Of a stretch of DNA of 29,373 bases, positions 10,489-21,600 are shown piece after piece. The position numbers were made by a program, and so were the translations under genes. The stretch covers positions 1 through 29,373 of the forward strand of contig NW_021832948.1 of NCBI RefSeq assembly GCF_006345805.1, read 5' to 3'. Origin of the DNA: Octopus sinensis. Taxonomy: Eukaryota. The first letter of the stretch is position 1; the number at the start of each line of letters is the position of its first letter. The notes under the pieces are model-generated. The model saw only the letters and a list, made by a program, of their open reading frames with translations. It was not told the origin of the DNA and did no database searches.

Positions 10489-10815
10489 CCGTGGCCTTAG
10501 ATTTTGATATACAAAGACTATGAATTAAAACTGATCCCAAAAAACAGTGACAAGCTAAATCTCTAACAGGTCTTTCTTCCTGATACCTTAGTAGTTTCCA
10601 AGCTGAAGTGAAGACAGCATGTTCTTTGTCTATCTCCTTACCTTCTTGGAGGTTTTAGGTAAAATTATACAAATGTGTCCATCTGTTTTATAGCGGTGGG
10701 CTCAGTTATTTTTATACCATGTGAACGCTAGGGCCATTGCCTGGTCTGAGTCTAGCTAACTAAATAGATAGACTGATGGTTGGATATGGATGAAGATAGA
10801 TGGATTGGTAGGATC

Positions 10816-10876
<61 letters not shown>
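10816..10876. repeat. (GATA)n microsatellite
   Basis: Direct reading. Confidence 0.95.
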
Positions 10877-11155
10877 CTTGTACTGGGATCTCCTCGAGGA
10901 CAAATCAAAGGAGGAGAAAGCAAAAACTTTGGAGCAGTAAGTAACCCTCTGTTCCTTTCACTTGTATTCTAATTCATTAGGATTATGATCAAGATTGGTT
11001 GTGTAAATGCGCGTGGCTTGGGGTCCCCTTGGAAACAAGGGTACCTCTTAAATGACATCAAGTCACATAAGTTAGAAATCATAGCCATAAGTGAGACCAG
11101 ACTCCACAATCCGTGGGCCCTAAAGACCATGTTTGGCGGACAGTTCAACATTTAT
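10877..11155 (+). mobile_element. L1/Tx1-type LINE internal fragment: ORF1 end, spacer, ORF2 APE N-terminus
   Basis: LYWDLLEDKSKEEKAKTLEQ* (stop 10938-10940), a 44-bp spacer, then ATG 10985 MIKIGCVNARGLGSPWKQGYLLNDIKSHKLEIIAISETRL, with the N.RGL and SET motifs of APE endonucleases. Confidence 0.8.

Positions 11156-11252
<97 letters not shown>
11156..11252. repeat. (GATA)n microsatellite
   Basis: Direct reading. Confidence 0.95.
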
Positions 11253-11301
11253 GTGGAAGCGCAAGCAGACATGGGCAGACAGACAAACATTGTAACAGTG
11301 T

Positions 11302-11346
<45 letters not shown>

Positions 11347-11497
11347 TGGGAGAGACGGGTGGGAGTGACGGGTGGGCATACAAATAGAAAGACTGATAAA
11401 CATCAAGGCAGACGGACATATTTGATAGCACAAGACTCCGGAAGAACAAAGGACACGAGAGACGTAACAACAAAGCCATAACAAAAGTAGTACTAAT

Positions 11498-11498
<1 letters not shown>

Positions 11499-11574
<76 letters not shown>

Positions 11575-11575
11575 C
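11499..11575. repeat. (GCA)n/(GTA)n microsatellite
   Basis: Direct reading. Confidence 0.9.
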
Positions 11576-11953
11576 AACAACAAGAGCAGCAACGAGTGTA
11601 GTTTCCATTATTTCACAGGTGCCATTGTTCACGAAACGAAATTGAAAGCAACGTTTGCCAGCTTATTCCGGAGATAAAACGAAAGGAAAAACAAACGAGA
11701 AACAAAGACATGAAGATGTGAAGAGAGATATTGTATGTATATTATATATATATATATGTATATATAATCAGAAATTTTAAAATGAATGTTTGCGGGTTTA
11801 GATGATATCATATATTTACTGCCAGCGTTGATGTAATCACAGATTTGTGTGTTCTTTGCAGTTTATAACTGACATTTTGGCATTATTTCGATTATATGTA
11901 TGTATATATATAAATAAATATAATATAAATAATATATAAATAAATAAATATAT

Positions 11954-12508
<555 letters not shown>

Positions 12509-12662
12509 GGCTGTGTGTTTATGTATGTATGTATGTAAAAGAGAGAGATAGAGTGACAAAAGCAGAAAACAGACTAAGGGTGTATTTGTCTTCATTACAA
12601 TTTAGAAAGACATACTCCATTTTGATTTCATATATATGTATATATACACATACATACATACA

Positions 12663-12698
<36 letters not shown>

Positions 12699-12714
12699 TA
12701 TGTGTGTCTGTGTG

Positions 12715-12900
12715 TGGAGGCGCAATGGCCCAGTGATTAGAGCAGCGGACTCGCGGTCGGAGGATGGTGGTTTCGATTCCCAGACCGAACACCTATAGCT
12801 CCACGAGGCTCCGGCAAGGAGGGGGGGGCGAACCCTGCTGTACTCTTTCGGTTCGACTTTCTCTCACTCTCTCTCTCTTCCTGTTTCTTGAGTAATGCTG
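12715..12900 (+). mobile_element. SINE family C, internally deleted and 3'-truncated
   Basis: tggaggcgcaatggcccagtgattagagcagcggactcgcggtc...ggtttcgattcccagaccg tRNA-like head; matches the reverse complement of 14750-14929. Confidence 0.8.
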
Positions 12901-12942
12901 CGAATGTGTGTGTGTGAGTATGTGCATGTATATATATATATA

Positions 12943-13175
12943 GTTCAAATTTACAGAAAGCAAAAGGCGAAGACACGTGAATGAACAACAAGCCGGTGTA
13001 TTAGTTTGACGCTCGGGAAGAATGGATAAGCCTTTGACGTTTCAAGCCTATGCTCTTCGACAGAAAGGATTGGGAAGAAAACAAGGAAAACGAGAAAAAA
13101 GGCGGGGGAAAGGAGAACGAAAAAGAAACAGAAAGAGAAAGAATGTGTAAGGAATAATGGTTCGACATGACGATG
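12943..13175 (-). mobile_element. Repeat family P2 (hammerhead-like motif bearing)
   Basis: Shares gtattagt.t.acgctcgggaa and tttgacgtttc.agc...gctctt with 24091-24275. Confidence 0.6.
13031..13068 (-). ncRNA. Minimal type I hammerhead-like fold with A6U core substitution
   Basis: CCUUU-CUGUCGA-A-GAGC(AUAG)GCUU-GAAA-CG-UC-AAAGG: 5-bp stem I, 4-bp stem II, palindromic ACGU stem III. Confidence 0.5.
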
Positions 13176-13214
13176 TGTAGACAGACAGACAGACAGAGTT
13201 AGAAAGAGAGAGAA

Positions 13215-13340
13215 ATGGATGGATGGATGGATGGATGGACGGACGGACGGACGGACGGACGGACAGACGGACGGACAGAGAGATAGACAGACAGAGAGAT
13301 AGACAGACAGACAGACATAGATAGAGAGAAAGAGAGAGAT

Positions 13341-13401
<61 letters not shown>
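13215..13401. repeat. Compound (GGAT)n/(GGAC)n/(GACA)n/(GATA)n microsatellite
   Basis: Direct reading. Confidence 0.9.
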
Positions 13402-13403
<2 letters not shown>

Positions 13404-13604
13404 TGTGTGCGTGTAAGAAGCAGAGGTAGGGAGATAGTGTAAGATAGACAATAAAGAGGGCGGTATATGGATAAGGTGGCACAGTGGCACATCGTGAAAG
13501 ATATCTACATACATAGGCATATAAATTTCAACGCATATTTACATACATGCGTACATAAATACGTATATATTCCCATTAAGACGAATGCTTACAAATGGAA
13601 AATA

Positions 13605-14170
13605 TTGGGTTGTCCGGAAAGTTCGTGCCGATCTATAGTAGCTTATCTTTCGACTTATTTTAGAACATGGTTGAGTCCATAAAATAGGATTTGACTACAC
13701 CTCCATTTAGAGCACAGTTTAAGCTATCTTTTCATTGAAGAAGGGTTATGTTCCTATAAACTGTGTTAATTCTGTAACCCTTTAAAATGGAAGAAAAGAA
13801 AGTTCATTTTCGGCACCTGGTGCTTTGGGAACCAGACAAAAATTGCTGCAGCTCGGCTGGGATGTGTTACTCCACCCTCCATATTCACCAGATATTGCTC
13901 CTTCGGATTTCCACTTATTCAGGTCTCAGCAGAATAGTCTGAATGGTAAAAATTTCAATTCCTTGGATGACGTAAAAAGATACCTTGATGAATTTTTTGC
14001 CATGAAACCACCTCAATTCTGGGAAGAGGGTATTTTCAAGTTAAAGGAAAGATGGAGACGCATTGTGCAACAAAATGGTTCATATTTGGTTGATTAAAAA
14101 TGTAATGGCAAGTATATATTGAGTATTTTCTTTCCTTTGAAAATCGGCACGAACTTTCCGAACAACCCAA
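13605..14170 (+). mobile_element. Internally deleted mariner transposon (566 bp)
   Basis: 28-bp TIRs ttgggttgtccggaaagttcgtgccgat (13605-13632) and 14143-14170 with one mismatch. TA on both flanks (13603-13604, 14171-14172). Confidence 0.95.
13787..14097 (+). pseudogene. Mariner transposase remnant (N-terminal 15 codons fused out of frame to C-terminal ~90 codons)
   Basis: MEEKKVHFRHLVLWE from ATG 13787, then in another frame RQKLLQLGWDVLLHPPYSPDIAPSDFHLFRS (YSPDLAP-type motif with the third catalytic Asp). Confidence 0.9.
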
Positions 14171-14537
14171 TACATAGTTTTTCTTTGGAATGCTACAACG
14201 ACATATGTAAACAAACTTTTATTTTGTTTTTAAAAGCGTTGAATGTGTATCGTATTGTACAGACAAGATGAACAGATATCTAAAGCAGTATAACCGTGAA
14301 AACAGCAGGAAGATTGGGTATTATTACCCTCATAAGAAGGAAAAAATTTGTCATGCACACGCAGGCATAAGTGCGTGTGTGTATATGTGTATATAAATAT
14401 ATATATCCTTTTATATATTTGTTGTGCAAGATTTTTTATGTGAAGTGGTGTGTTGAAACAGATATTATTATATTTCGGAATGGTCATTTTGCCAGTTTAG
14501 CCAATAAACTTACGGTTAGTAAGGAGAGACACAAATA

Positions 14538-14930
14538 GTGGAAGTGGAAGCACTCCGTCGGTTACGACGACGAGGGTTCCGGTTGATCCGAATCAACGGA
14601 ACAGCCTGCTCGTGAGATTAACGTGTAAGTGGCTGAGCATTCCACAGACACGTGCACCCTTAACGTAGTTCTCGGGGATATTCAGCGTGACACAGAGAGT
14701 GACAAGGCCGGCCCCTTTGAAATACAGGTACAACAGAAACAGGAAGTAAGAGTAAGAGAAAGTTGTGGTGAAAGAGTACAGCAGGGATCACCACCATCCC
14801 CTGCCGGAGCCTCGTGGAGCTTTAGGTGTTTTCGCTCAATAAACACTCACAACGCCCGGTCTGGGAATCGAAACCGCGATCCTATGACCGCGAGTCCGCT
14901 GCCCTAACCACTAGGCCATTGCGCCTCCAC
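14538..14930 (-). mobile_element. SINE family C, full length with 13-bp TSD
   Basis: tRNA-like head (box A tggcctagtggt, box B ggtttcgattccc) and (ttccac) tail. TSD agagacacaaata at 14525-14537 and 14931-14943. Confidence 0.9.
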
Positions 14931-14963
14931 AGAGACACAAATAAGAAAGAAGAAAACAAAGGA

Positions 14964-15003
14964 CCACTGATGCGGTCACAGGAGTGTGATGAAAGAACTC
15001 TGG
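14964..15003 (+). ncRNA. Hammerhead-like fold with A9C substitution
   Basis: CCA-CUGAUGC-G-GUCAC(AGGAGU)GUGAU-GAAA-G-AA-C-UC-UGG; CUC triplet. Confidence 0.4.
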
Positions 15004-15130
15004 CCGAAATAAGATTAAGATTAATGTAAAAAATAAATAACACTGAAGCAAAGTAACACCAAATATATAGTGCGTGTGTTTTTATTGGCTAAACTGGCAA
15101 AATGACCATTCCGAAATATAATAATATATA

Positions 15131-15354
15131 TACTCTTTTACTTGTTTCAGTCATTTCCCTGCGGCCATGCTGGAGCACCGCCTTTAGTCGAGCAAATCGA
15201 CCCCAGGACTTATTCGTTGTCAACTTAGTACTATTCTATCGTCTCTTTTGCCGACAGCTAAGTTACGTACACACCACCTCGTTTCAAGCGATGTTGAGGA
15301 CAAACATAGACAACACAAACACACACACACCACACATATATATTATAATAGATA

Positions 15355-15389
<35 letters not shown>

Positions 15390-15392
15390 ATA

Positions 15393-15458
<66 letters not shown>

Positions 15459-15638
15459 CAATATACATATATACGGCGGGCTTCTTTCAGTTTCGGTCTA
15501 CCAAATCCACTCACAAGGCTTTGGTCGGCCCGAGGCTATAGTAGAAGACAGCCCCGCAAGGTGTCACGCAGTGGGACTGAACCCGGAATCATGTGATTGG
15601 TAAGCAAGCTACGTACCACACAGCCACTCCTGCGCCTA
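15131..15638 (-). mobile_element. SINE family A, full length with expanded internal (TA)n
   Basis: Tail 15131-15310, TA tract to about 15472, head to cgccta at 15638. Confidence 0.9.
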
Positions 15639-15719
15639 CTTGAGTGACACATGTTTCCACTTGAGTCAATACAGAATTACAAATATTATACAAAGTCACT
15701 CGTCAGTAAACCAAAATTC

Positions 15720-15831
<112 letters not shown>

Positions 15832-15860
15832 CTCTGTCTTTACTCTTTTACTTGTTTCAG

Positions 15861-16178
15861 AGTGTGTATGTGAATGAGTGTGTGTGTGAATGAGTGAGTG
15901 TATGTGTGAATGAGTGTCTGTGAGTGTGAATGAGTGAGTGTGTGTGTGAATGAGTGTGTGTGTGAATGAGTGAGTGTGTGTGTGAATGAGTGAGCGTATG
16001 TATGTGTGTAAATGAGTGCGTGTGTGTGTGTGCGTGTGAATGAGTGAGTGTGTGTGAATGAGTGAGTGTGTATGTATGTGTGTATATGTATATGTGTGTG
16101 AATGAGTGAGTGTGTGTTCGATTGTGTGTGTATGTGTGTGTATGTATATGTGTGTGAATGAGTGAGTGTGTGTGTGAT
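15861..16178. repeat. Complex (GTGTGTGAATGAGTGA)-type tandem repeat
   Basis: Recurrent gtgaatgagtga separated by variable GT runs. Confidence 0.85.
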
Positions 16179-16720
16179 GGTGTGTGTCGAGCCTTATTTA
16201 TAACATTGCTCATCAAAATGTATCTTTGTCTAATTGCCAAGAATATTTGAAAACATGACATTAGTACGACAAACTTACCATAATTTTTTTTAATACTGTA
16301 TACACTCATATAATTATTTTACCACAATCCACCCAACAGTTGCCGACAGATGCACTATGGGTAGGTTTATCTTTTCACTCTCTAAGTTATCTTAATCCAA
16401 TCTAGTTTCTTTTTATTCATATAATCTTATCTCTAATAATATAGTTTTTTTTATCTTTTCTCAAGATTAAAAATATATTCGTCACCACGAAGCTGCTTAA
16501 GAAACTTAATTCATTCTGTTACATTTGTTGTGATTGCGTTTTGCAAAACGTTACGTATCTTGTTTGTTTTGGAGAGAATTTGGGTGATCAAGATAAAACT
16601 TGAGTTCTTCAAACTGACGCGTAAGAACAGTTGTTAAAGCATCAAGCACATTGGTTCGAGGGGTGTTTGTTGGTTCGACTCCCGACACCAGTAGTTCTCA
16701 AACTTTCTAATAACCTGAAA

Positions 16721-17401
16721 CTGGAGCAGGTCCAAGGCCTGAATTTTGTAATACCTTGAGCAGATCCAAAGCCTGGATCTTATAATATCTGGAGCAGACC
16801 TAAAAACTGGATCTCTTAATATCTGGGGCAGATCTAAGAATTGGATCTGTTACTATCTGAATTTTTTAATATCTGGAGCAGATCCAAAATCTGGATTTTT
16901 TTTAAATCTGGGGCAGATCCAAAACCTAAATTTTTTTAATATCTGGGGCAGATCTAAAAACAGGATCTTTTAATATCTGGAGCAGATCAAAAACCTGGAT
17001 TTTAAAAAATCTGGGGCAGATCCAAAACCTAATTTTTTTTAATATCTGGAGCAGATCTAAAACCTGGATCTTTTAATATCTGGAGCATGTCCCAAACCTG
17101 AAATTTTTAATATCTAGGGCTGATCCAAAACCTGGATTTTTAATATCTGAGGCAGATCCAGAACCTGGATTTTTTAATGTCTAGAACAGGTCTTAAACCT
17201 GGAATTTTTAATATTGAGGGTAGATCCAAAACCTGGATTATTTTAATGTCTGGAGCAGGTCCTAAACTTGGATTTTTCAATATTGGAGGTATTTTTTAAA
17301 CATCTATGGAAGATCCTAAATCTGAATATTTTTAATATCTGGGGCAGATCCTAGACCTTGATTTTTTAAATATCTGGGGCAGATCCAAATCTAGATTTTT
17401 T
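16721..17401. repeat. ~33-36-bp minisatellite, about 20 units
   Basis: Consensus TGG(A/G)GCAGATCCAAAACCTGGATTTTTTAATATC, with variable T-run length. Confidence 0.9.
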
Positions 17402-18057
17402 AGGGCTTCTTTTTAGCTTCATGCTTTTGCTTGATGGGATTGGGGTCATCCTAAGTTAGTGGTCACCGAGACATCATCATGCATTCAACCATTAGATATA
17501 TCAAAGTAATTACGTTATGTTTCTACCTTCCTCCCTTACATAAGTCCCAGAGGCCCTGCAACGGGATACGAGGTGTGCCTTCTCTCCTAAGGAAAAATTA
17601 AGAAAAAATAAAAGGTTGGTAGAGTACCTTCGACAATGAAAAATAAAAAAAAGAAATAGAAGAAATTTTTGAAATTTGGTCTAGCTATGGTGTGGAGAGG
17701 ACATTAAAATCTATCACAATGATAGTTATTTTTGTGTTGTGAAGGTGAAAGGTTTCAATCGCTGCTAAAACATCCGTATGAGTATCGTGATTCGGAGACA
17801 GTAAGAAGACCTTGTGGTATGTCTCCCGGCTCTGTGTTCGGACAAATCCTGTGATAACATTGGTGGAAATGCATCCTGTCAGCGACCTTTGCCATAAAAA
17901 AAAAACATCAGTATCGTAGAGAGATGAAACTTACATGGATGAGGGACTTTTTATTTCCCACAAGGGGACAACATAGATAAGGGACAAATCTATCTGATTG
18001 GGGTCAGATAGAAGGATGGATATAACATGAAGATGACATTAAAAATTCCCAAAAATA

Positions 18058-18483
18058 GGATCTTTTCGGTTTGAACGGCAGTTTTTTCTAGCGGTGTCAT
18101 ATGAAATTGTCACCTATAATTATGACCCTAGAATCGATCTATTGCATTTCAATCTGTTTTAGGGTTAGGGTTAGTTAGGGTTAGTTAGGGGAAGGGTATC
18201 TTTTTTCTTCAGAAATGTAAATAAACCCAATCTGTTTCTTGAACGAGGGACATATTCATACGGCACAGAATGCGTTTTAACTCAATAGACGTCACTGATT
18301 GGTTGAAATTGCAGAAATTGAAGAAGTAAAAAACAACAAATATCTTACAAACTATAGAATTTTCTCAATAAAGGCAAGAGAAAAAGATGTTTTATAAACA
18401 CATTCTACCAGTATATGAAGTTAAAAATCTTTTAGTTACCTAGAAATTATGTTAAAAAACTGCCGTTCAAACCGAAAAGATCC
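18058..18483. mobile_element. MITE, 426 bp, 30-bp perfect TIRs, internal TTAGGG motifs
   Basis: TIR ggatcttttcggtttgaacggcagtttttt at 18058-18087 and 18454-18483; ATA on both flanks; ttagggttagggttagttagggttagttaggg at 18159-18190. Confidence 0.9.
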
Positions 18484-19665
18484 ATAAAATATAAATAAAT
18501 CGAATGATAGGACAGACCGGAAGACATTACGGATGGAGTGGGGAGGGGGTTCAGTTCGGACCCCACGATCCCCGCCTCGCCACTGATACCTGAGATACGT
18601 CCTGTGCTAATCTTCCTCAATAGAAATCTTGCTCGGACCTGCGCATACATGTACACATTTATGGTCAACATTGTCAGGCGGAATCCTTTTTTTTTTTTTA
18701 CATATTTTTCTTTTTCTCTTGCCTCTCAATTCTTTTTCCCCATTTCCTTTTTCATTTTCACAAAAGGTATCATCCGAAACGTCGGATACTCTTTTATTTT
18801 ATCCGTCGACATATTAAGCTTTATTGTACACTTATTTGCTTGTTTTTTTTTCGCTTTATATTTCTACGCTTTTCAGGCACATGCTTTGACTTGTCTGATT
18901 CCGCGTGGTAGTTTTTTTTTATTCTTTGTTTCCTCTTTTGTTACTTTCATTATTTATGCGTGTGATTTTTAACACACACACAACACACACACACACAACA
19001 CACACACACCATGAGCAAGACTTAATTGACATGCCTGGTTCATCTATAAATCATAAGGATGCTGGATCAATGATGACCTGTGCTGCTCAAACACAACTTC
19101 ACTCTCGTGTGGGATTAAAAGGGTTTCTAAAAAAAAGCAAAAAAACCCAAACGTTTCTTATTAATTAAGCGTAGCGCGTTCTTTTAAAGAGAATATTTAG
19201 GAATATTCAAGTTTGCCGAATATTTAATGACTCTGATTAAGAATGACGTCAGCAAATGACGAAACGGTCATTTTGTAACGACCTACAACCATGCTTTATC
19301 TCTCTCACTCTCTGTCCCTCCACCAAACAACCCCACACCTCCACCCACCCCTCTCTCTCTCTCTCTTTCTCTCTCTCGCTCTATTTTCTACTTTCTGACC
19401 TTATTAATTACCTGACTCCTGTACAATTAAAGATTTAAAAGTCTTTAAAAGCTGATGTCGATCTACGTTTTCAGGAACCTGACGTTTCAAGACTGATCAT
19501 TATGTATGTATGTATGTATGTACTTATGTGTAAGGATGTATATGTGTCTATCTACCTATCTCCCTCTCTATATATGTATATGTATTTATATATATATATA
19601 TGTAAAAAAATGCAAACTATTTTTATATATATATATATAGCGGCGCCCGTACCTTTTTGGTCTTT

Positions 19666-19676
<11 letters not shown>

Positions 19677-19740
<64 letters not shown>
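19677..19740. repeat. (TG)n microsatellite
   Basis: Direct reading. Confidence 0.95.
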
Positions 19741-19743
<3 letters not shown>

Positions 19744-19806
19744 GGTGGGTGGGTGTCTGTTTGTTGTTTACACACTCGTTTCATTTTTTTTCTTTGTAAT
19801 TTCTCA

Positions 19807-19840
<34 letters not shown>

Positions 19841-20122
19841 GTTATATTGTCAGTGACGATATATATGATGCGTGTGTGTGTGTAACAATGTTACCAAATA
19901 TAACCCCGTATAACAATGAGCAAAGTAACAAGAGTTGGTTATCTTATTATAACCGTTCGCACAATAACAATCCAACGCAGAATCAATAACGAGACTAATG
20001 CTCTCATAGTTCGACCTCAGTTGTTTACTGGTTCATCTGTATTTATAAGACCTGCCCAGTTCACTGACAGCTACGTGCGGCGTGGAGGGTGTCAGTTCAC
20101 TCCGCAACATGAATACTGAATA

Positions 20123-20549
20123 TAGGCGCAGGAGTGGCTGTGTGGTAAGTAGCTTGCTAACCAACCACAAGTTCCGGGTTCAGTCCCACTGCATGGCATC
20201 TCGGGCAAGTGTCTTCTGCTATAGCCCCGGGCCGACCAAAGCCTGTGAGTGGATTTGGTAGACGGAAACTGAAAGAAGCCTGTCGTATATATGTATTATA
20301 TATATATAAGTTGTGTTGTATATGTTTGTGTGTTCGTGTTTGTCCCCCTAGCATGCTTGACAACCGATGCTGGGTTGTGTTTACGTCCCCGTCACTTAGC
20401 GGTTCGGCAAAAGAGACCGATAGAATAAGTACTGGGTTTACAAAAGAATAAGTCTCGGGGTCGATTTGCTCGACTAAAGGCGGTGCTCCAGCATGGCCGC
20501 AGTCAAATGACTGTAACAAGTAAAAGAGTAAAAGAGAGAGTAAAGAGTA
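20123..20549 (+). mobile_element. SINE family A, full length
   Basis: taggcgcaggagtggctgtgtggtaagtagc... through the (agtaaaag) tail. Confidence 0.9.
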
Positions 20550-20567
20550 AGATGGCTGAGCATGAGG

Positions 20568-20775
20568 TGGGAACTGACTGTGCTCCGTGAAAAAACACGT
20601 AAAGGAAACTCAAGAGAGAAAGCGTGTCAAGTACCAGGAGCTGGTAGAGCAGTGCAGAAACGAAGACTGGTGGGTGTGCTGTGAGTGAATTAAGTTGGCT
20701 GACGGGGTTTGTGGAGGTTTTATTCTGCAAAGCTCTGGCTAGACTTGGAGTTAACAGAGCAGCAAAGAAATGGGT
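20568..20775 (+). mobile_element. Decayed RLE domain of a HERO/NeSL-like non-LTR retrotransposon
   Basis: Frameshifted WELTVL / ETQERKRVKYQELVEQCRNEDW / GFVEVLFCKALARLGVNRAAKK matches the ELTVPWE...ERK..KY..L...C...GW...GF pattern. Confidence 0.7.
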
Positions 20776-21479
20776 TGGTCGGTCGTATATTTTATCACTG
20801 AAGCTACATTTTTTTTTGAGGGGCCAGTTACTTTTTAATATTTAATTTTGCTTACAATTACCGGTTCTTTTGCTTAAACTATCCTATCTCCAACTGCTTC
20901 AGAGACCAAAATATGAAAATTGTCAAAGTGTAGTACAACGGCTTAGCATTTCTCAAAAGTGTAGCATGTCCTACATACGACAGAGAAGGCGACAAACTGA
21001 CTTTGGATGAAGAAGATAGATCAGTTATAGTGATTTCTGTTCCCGGGATGAAAACTGGGACTTGGTCAATCGCTGCTGGATCCAAGTAGACGAAGAGATA
21101 TGTTACTGAAAGACCCGAAGAATTCCTAAGGCCTCAGAAACATCACTGATGACGCATCTCAGAGCAGCCGTAAGTCAGATATATCTCTGAACTTGTGTGG
21201 AATTCATTTTGTAAATTCTGACAGTGCTTGGAAATAGTGGCATAGCAAAGGATGAGGGTAGGTCGTATATTCCATTACTGAAAATGTACAAAGACTCACT
21301 AGATAACTTTGGATATAGAGGACAGACCACGCAGGCCAAGACTTAGTCAGCGCCGTTTTTGATCAAATGTACAAGGGAGTCTGATATTAAAAGAATCGAA
21401 ATCACCTGAGGCCCGAGAAACACAGCTAATGATGCGCCCCAGTGCATAAGTGATGTGTATATTCAAGCAATTAAATTCG

Positions 21480-21600
21480 GTACAGTATCCAGCTTGAACC
21501 CAAATCAAATCCGGATCGGTCGACTGTTAACTCTCCATAAAGTACCAGTGATATATTGGTGTCGATCCTAACTGTTTCACTACGCTTCTCTTCTTCTACC
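21480..21600 (+). mobile_element. SINE family B, very degenerate
   Basis: ggtcgact...aaagtaccagtgatatattggtgtcgat resembles the family B central domain. Confidence 0.4.

Larger units (their letters stand above)
14462..15127. repeat. Perfect 47-bp inverted repeat pair (14462-14508 / 15081-15127)
   Basis: atattattatatttcggaatggtcattttgccagtttagccaataaa and its exact reverse complement. Confidence 0.95.

Noticed and set aside
14312-14338. Hammerhead-like cttatga-gggt(aataat)accc-aatc on minus strand
   Set aside because: Multiple core substitutions and no GAAA or stem III.
16655-16692. tRNA gene around ggttcgactccc
   Set aside because: Box B-like motif only; the T-stem does not pair and there is no box A or cloverleaf.
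16689-16706. hAT/Charlie-type element end
   Set aside because: Only one TIR-like end; no partner or 8-bp TSD found in the window.
16721-17401. CRISPR array or coding repeat
   Set aside because: There are no unique spacers, the context is eukaryotic, and unit lengths are not multiples of three.
17989-18012. 9-bp hairpin tctatctga/tcagataga
   Set aside because: Too short to be meaningful in 29 kb of AT-rich repeat DNA.
18159-18190. True telomere or chromosome fusion site
   Set aside because: Only a few imperfect units, and they are internal to a TIR element.
18447-18671. Host exon (ARFLLRKISTGRISGISGEAGIVGSELNPLP...)
   Set aside because: No recognisable domain and no convincing acceptor/donor pair; cannot be excluded without RNA-seq.
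18765-18788. Hammerhead at ggtatcatccgaaacgtcgg
   Set aside because: The GAAACGUC half and a 2-bp stem II are present, but CUGANGA and stem I are absent. Counted only as a half-motif.
19478-19500. Hammerhead on minus strand (gtcttgaaacgtcagg)
   Set aside because: The 5' core is missing and replaced by microsatellite.
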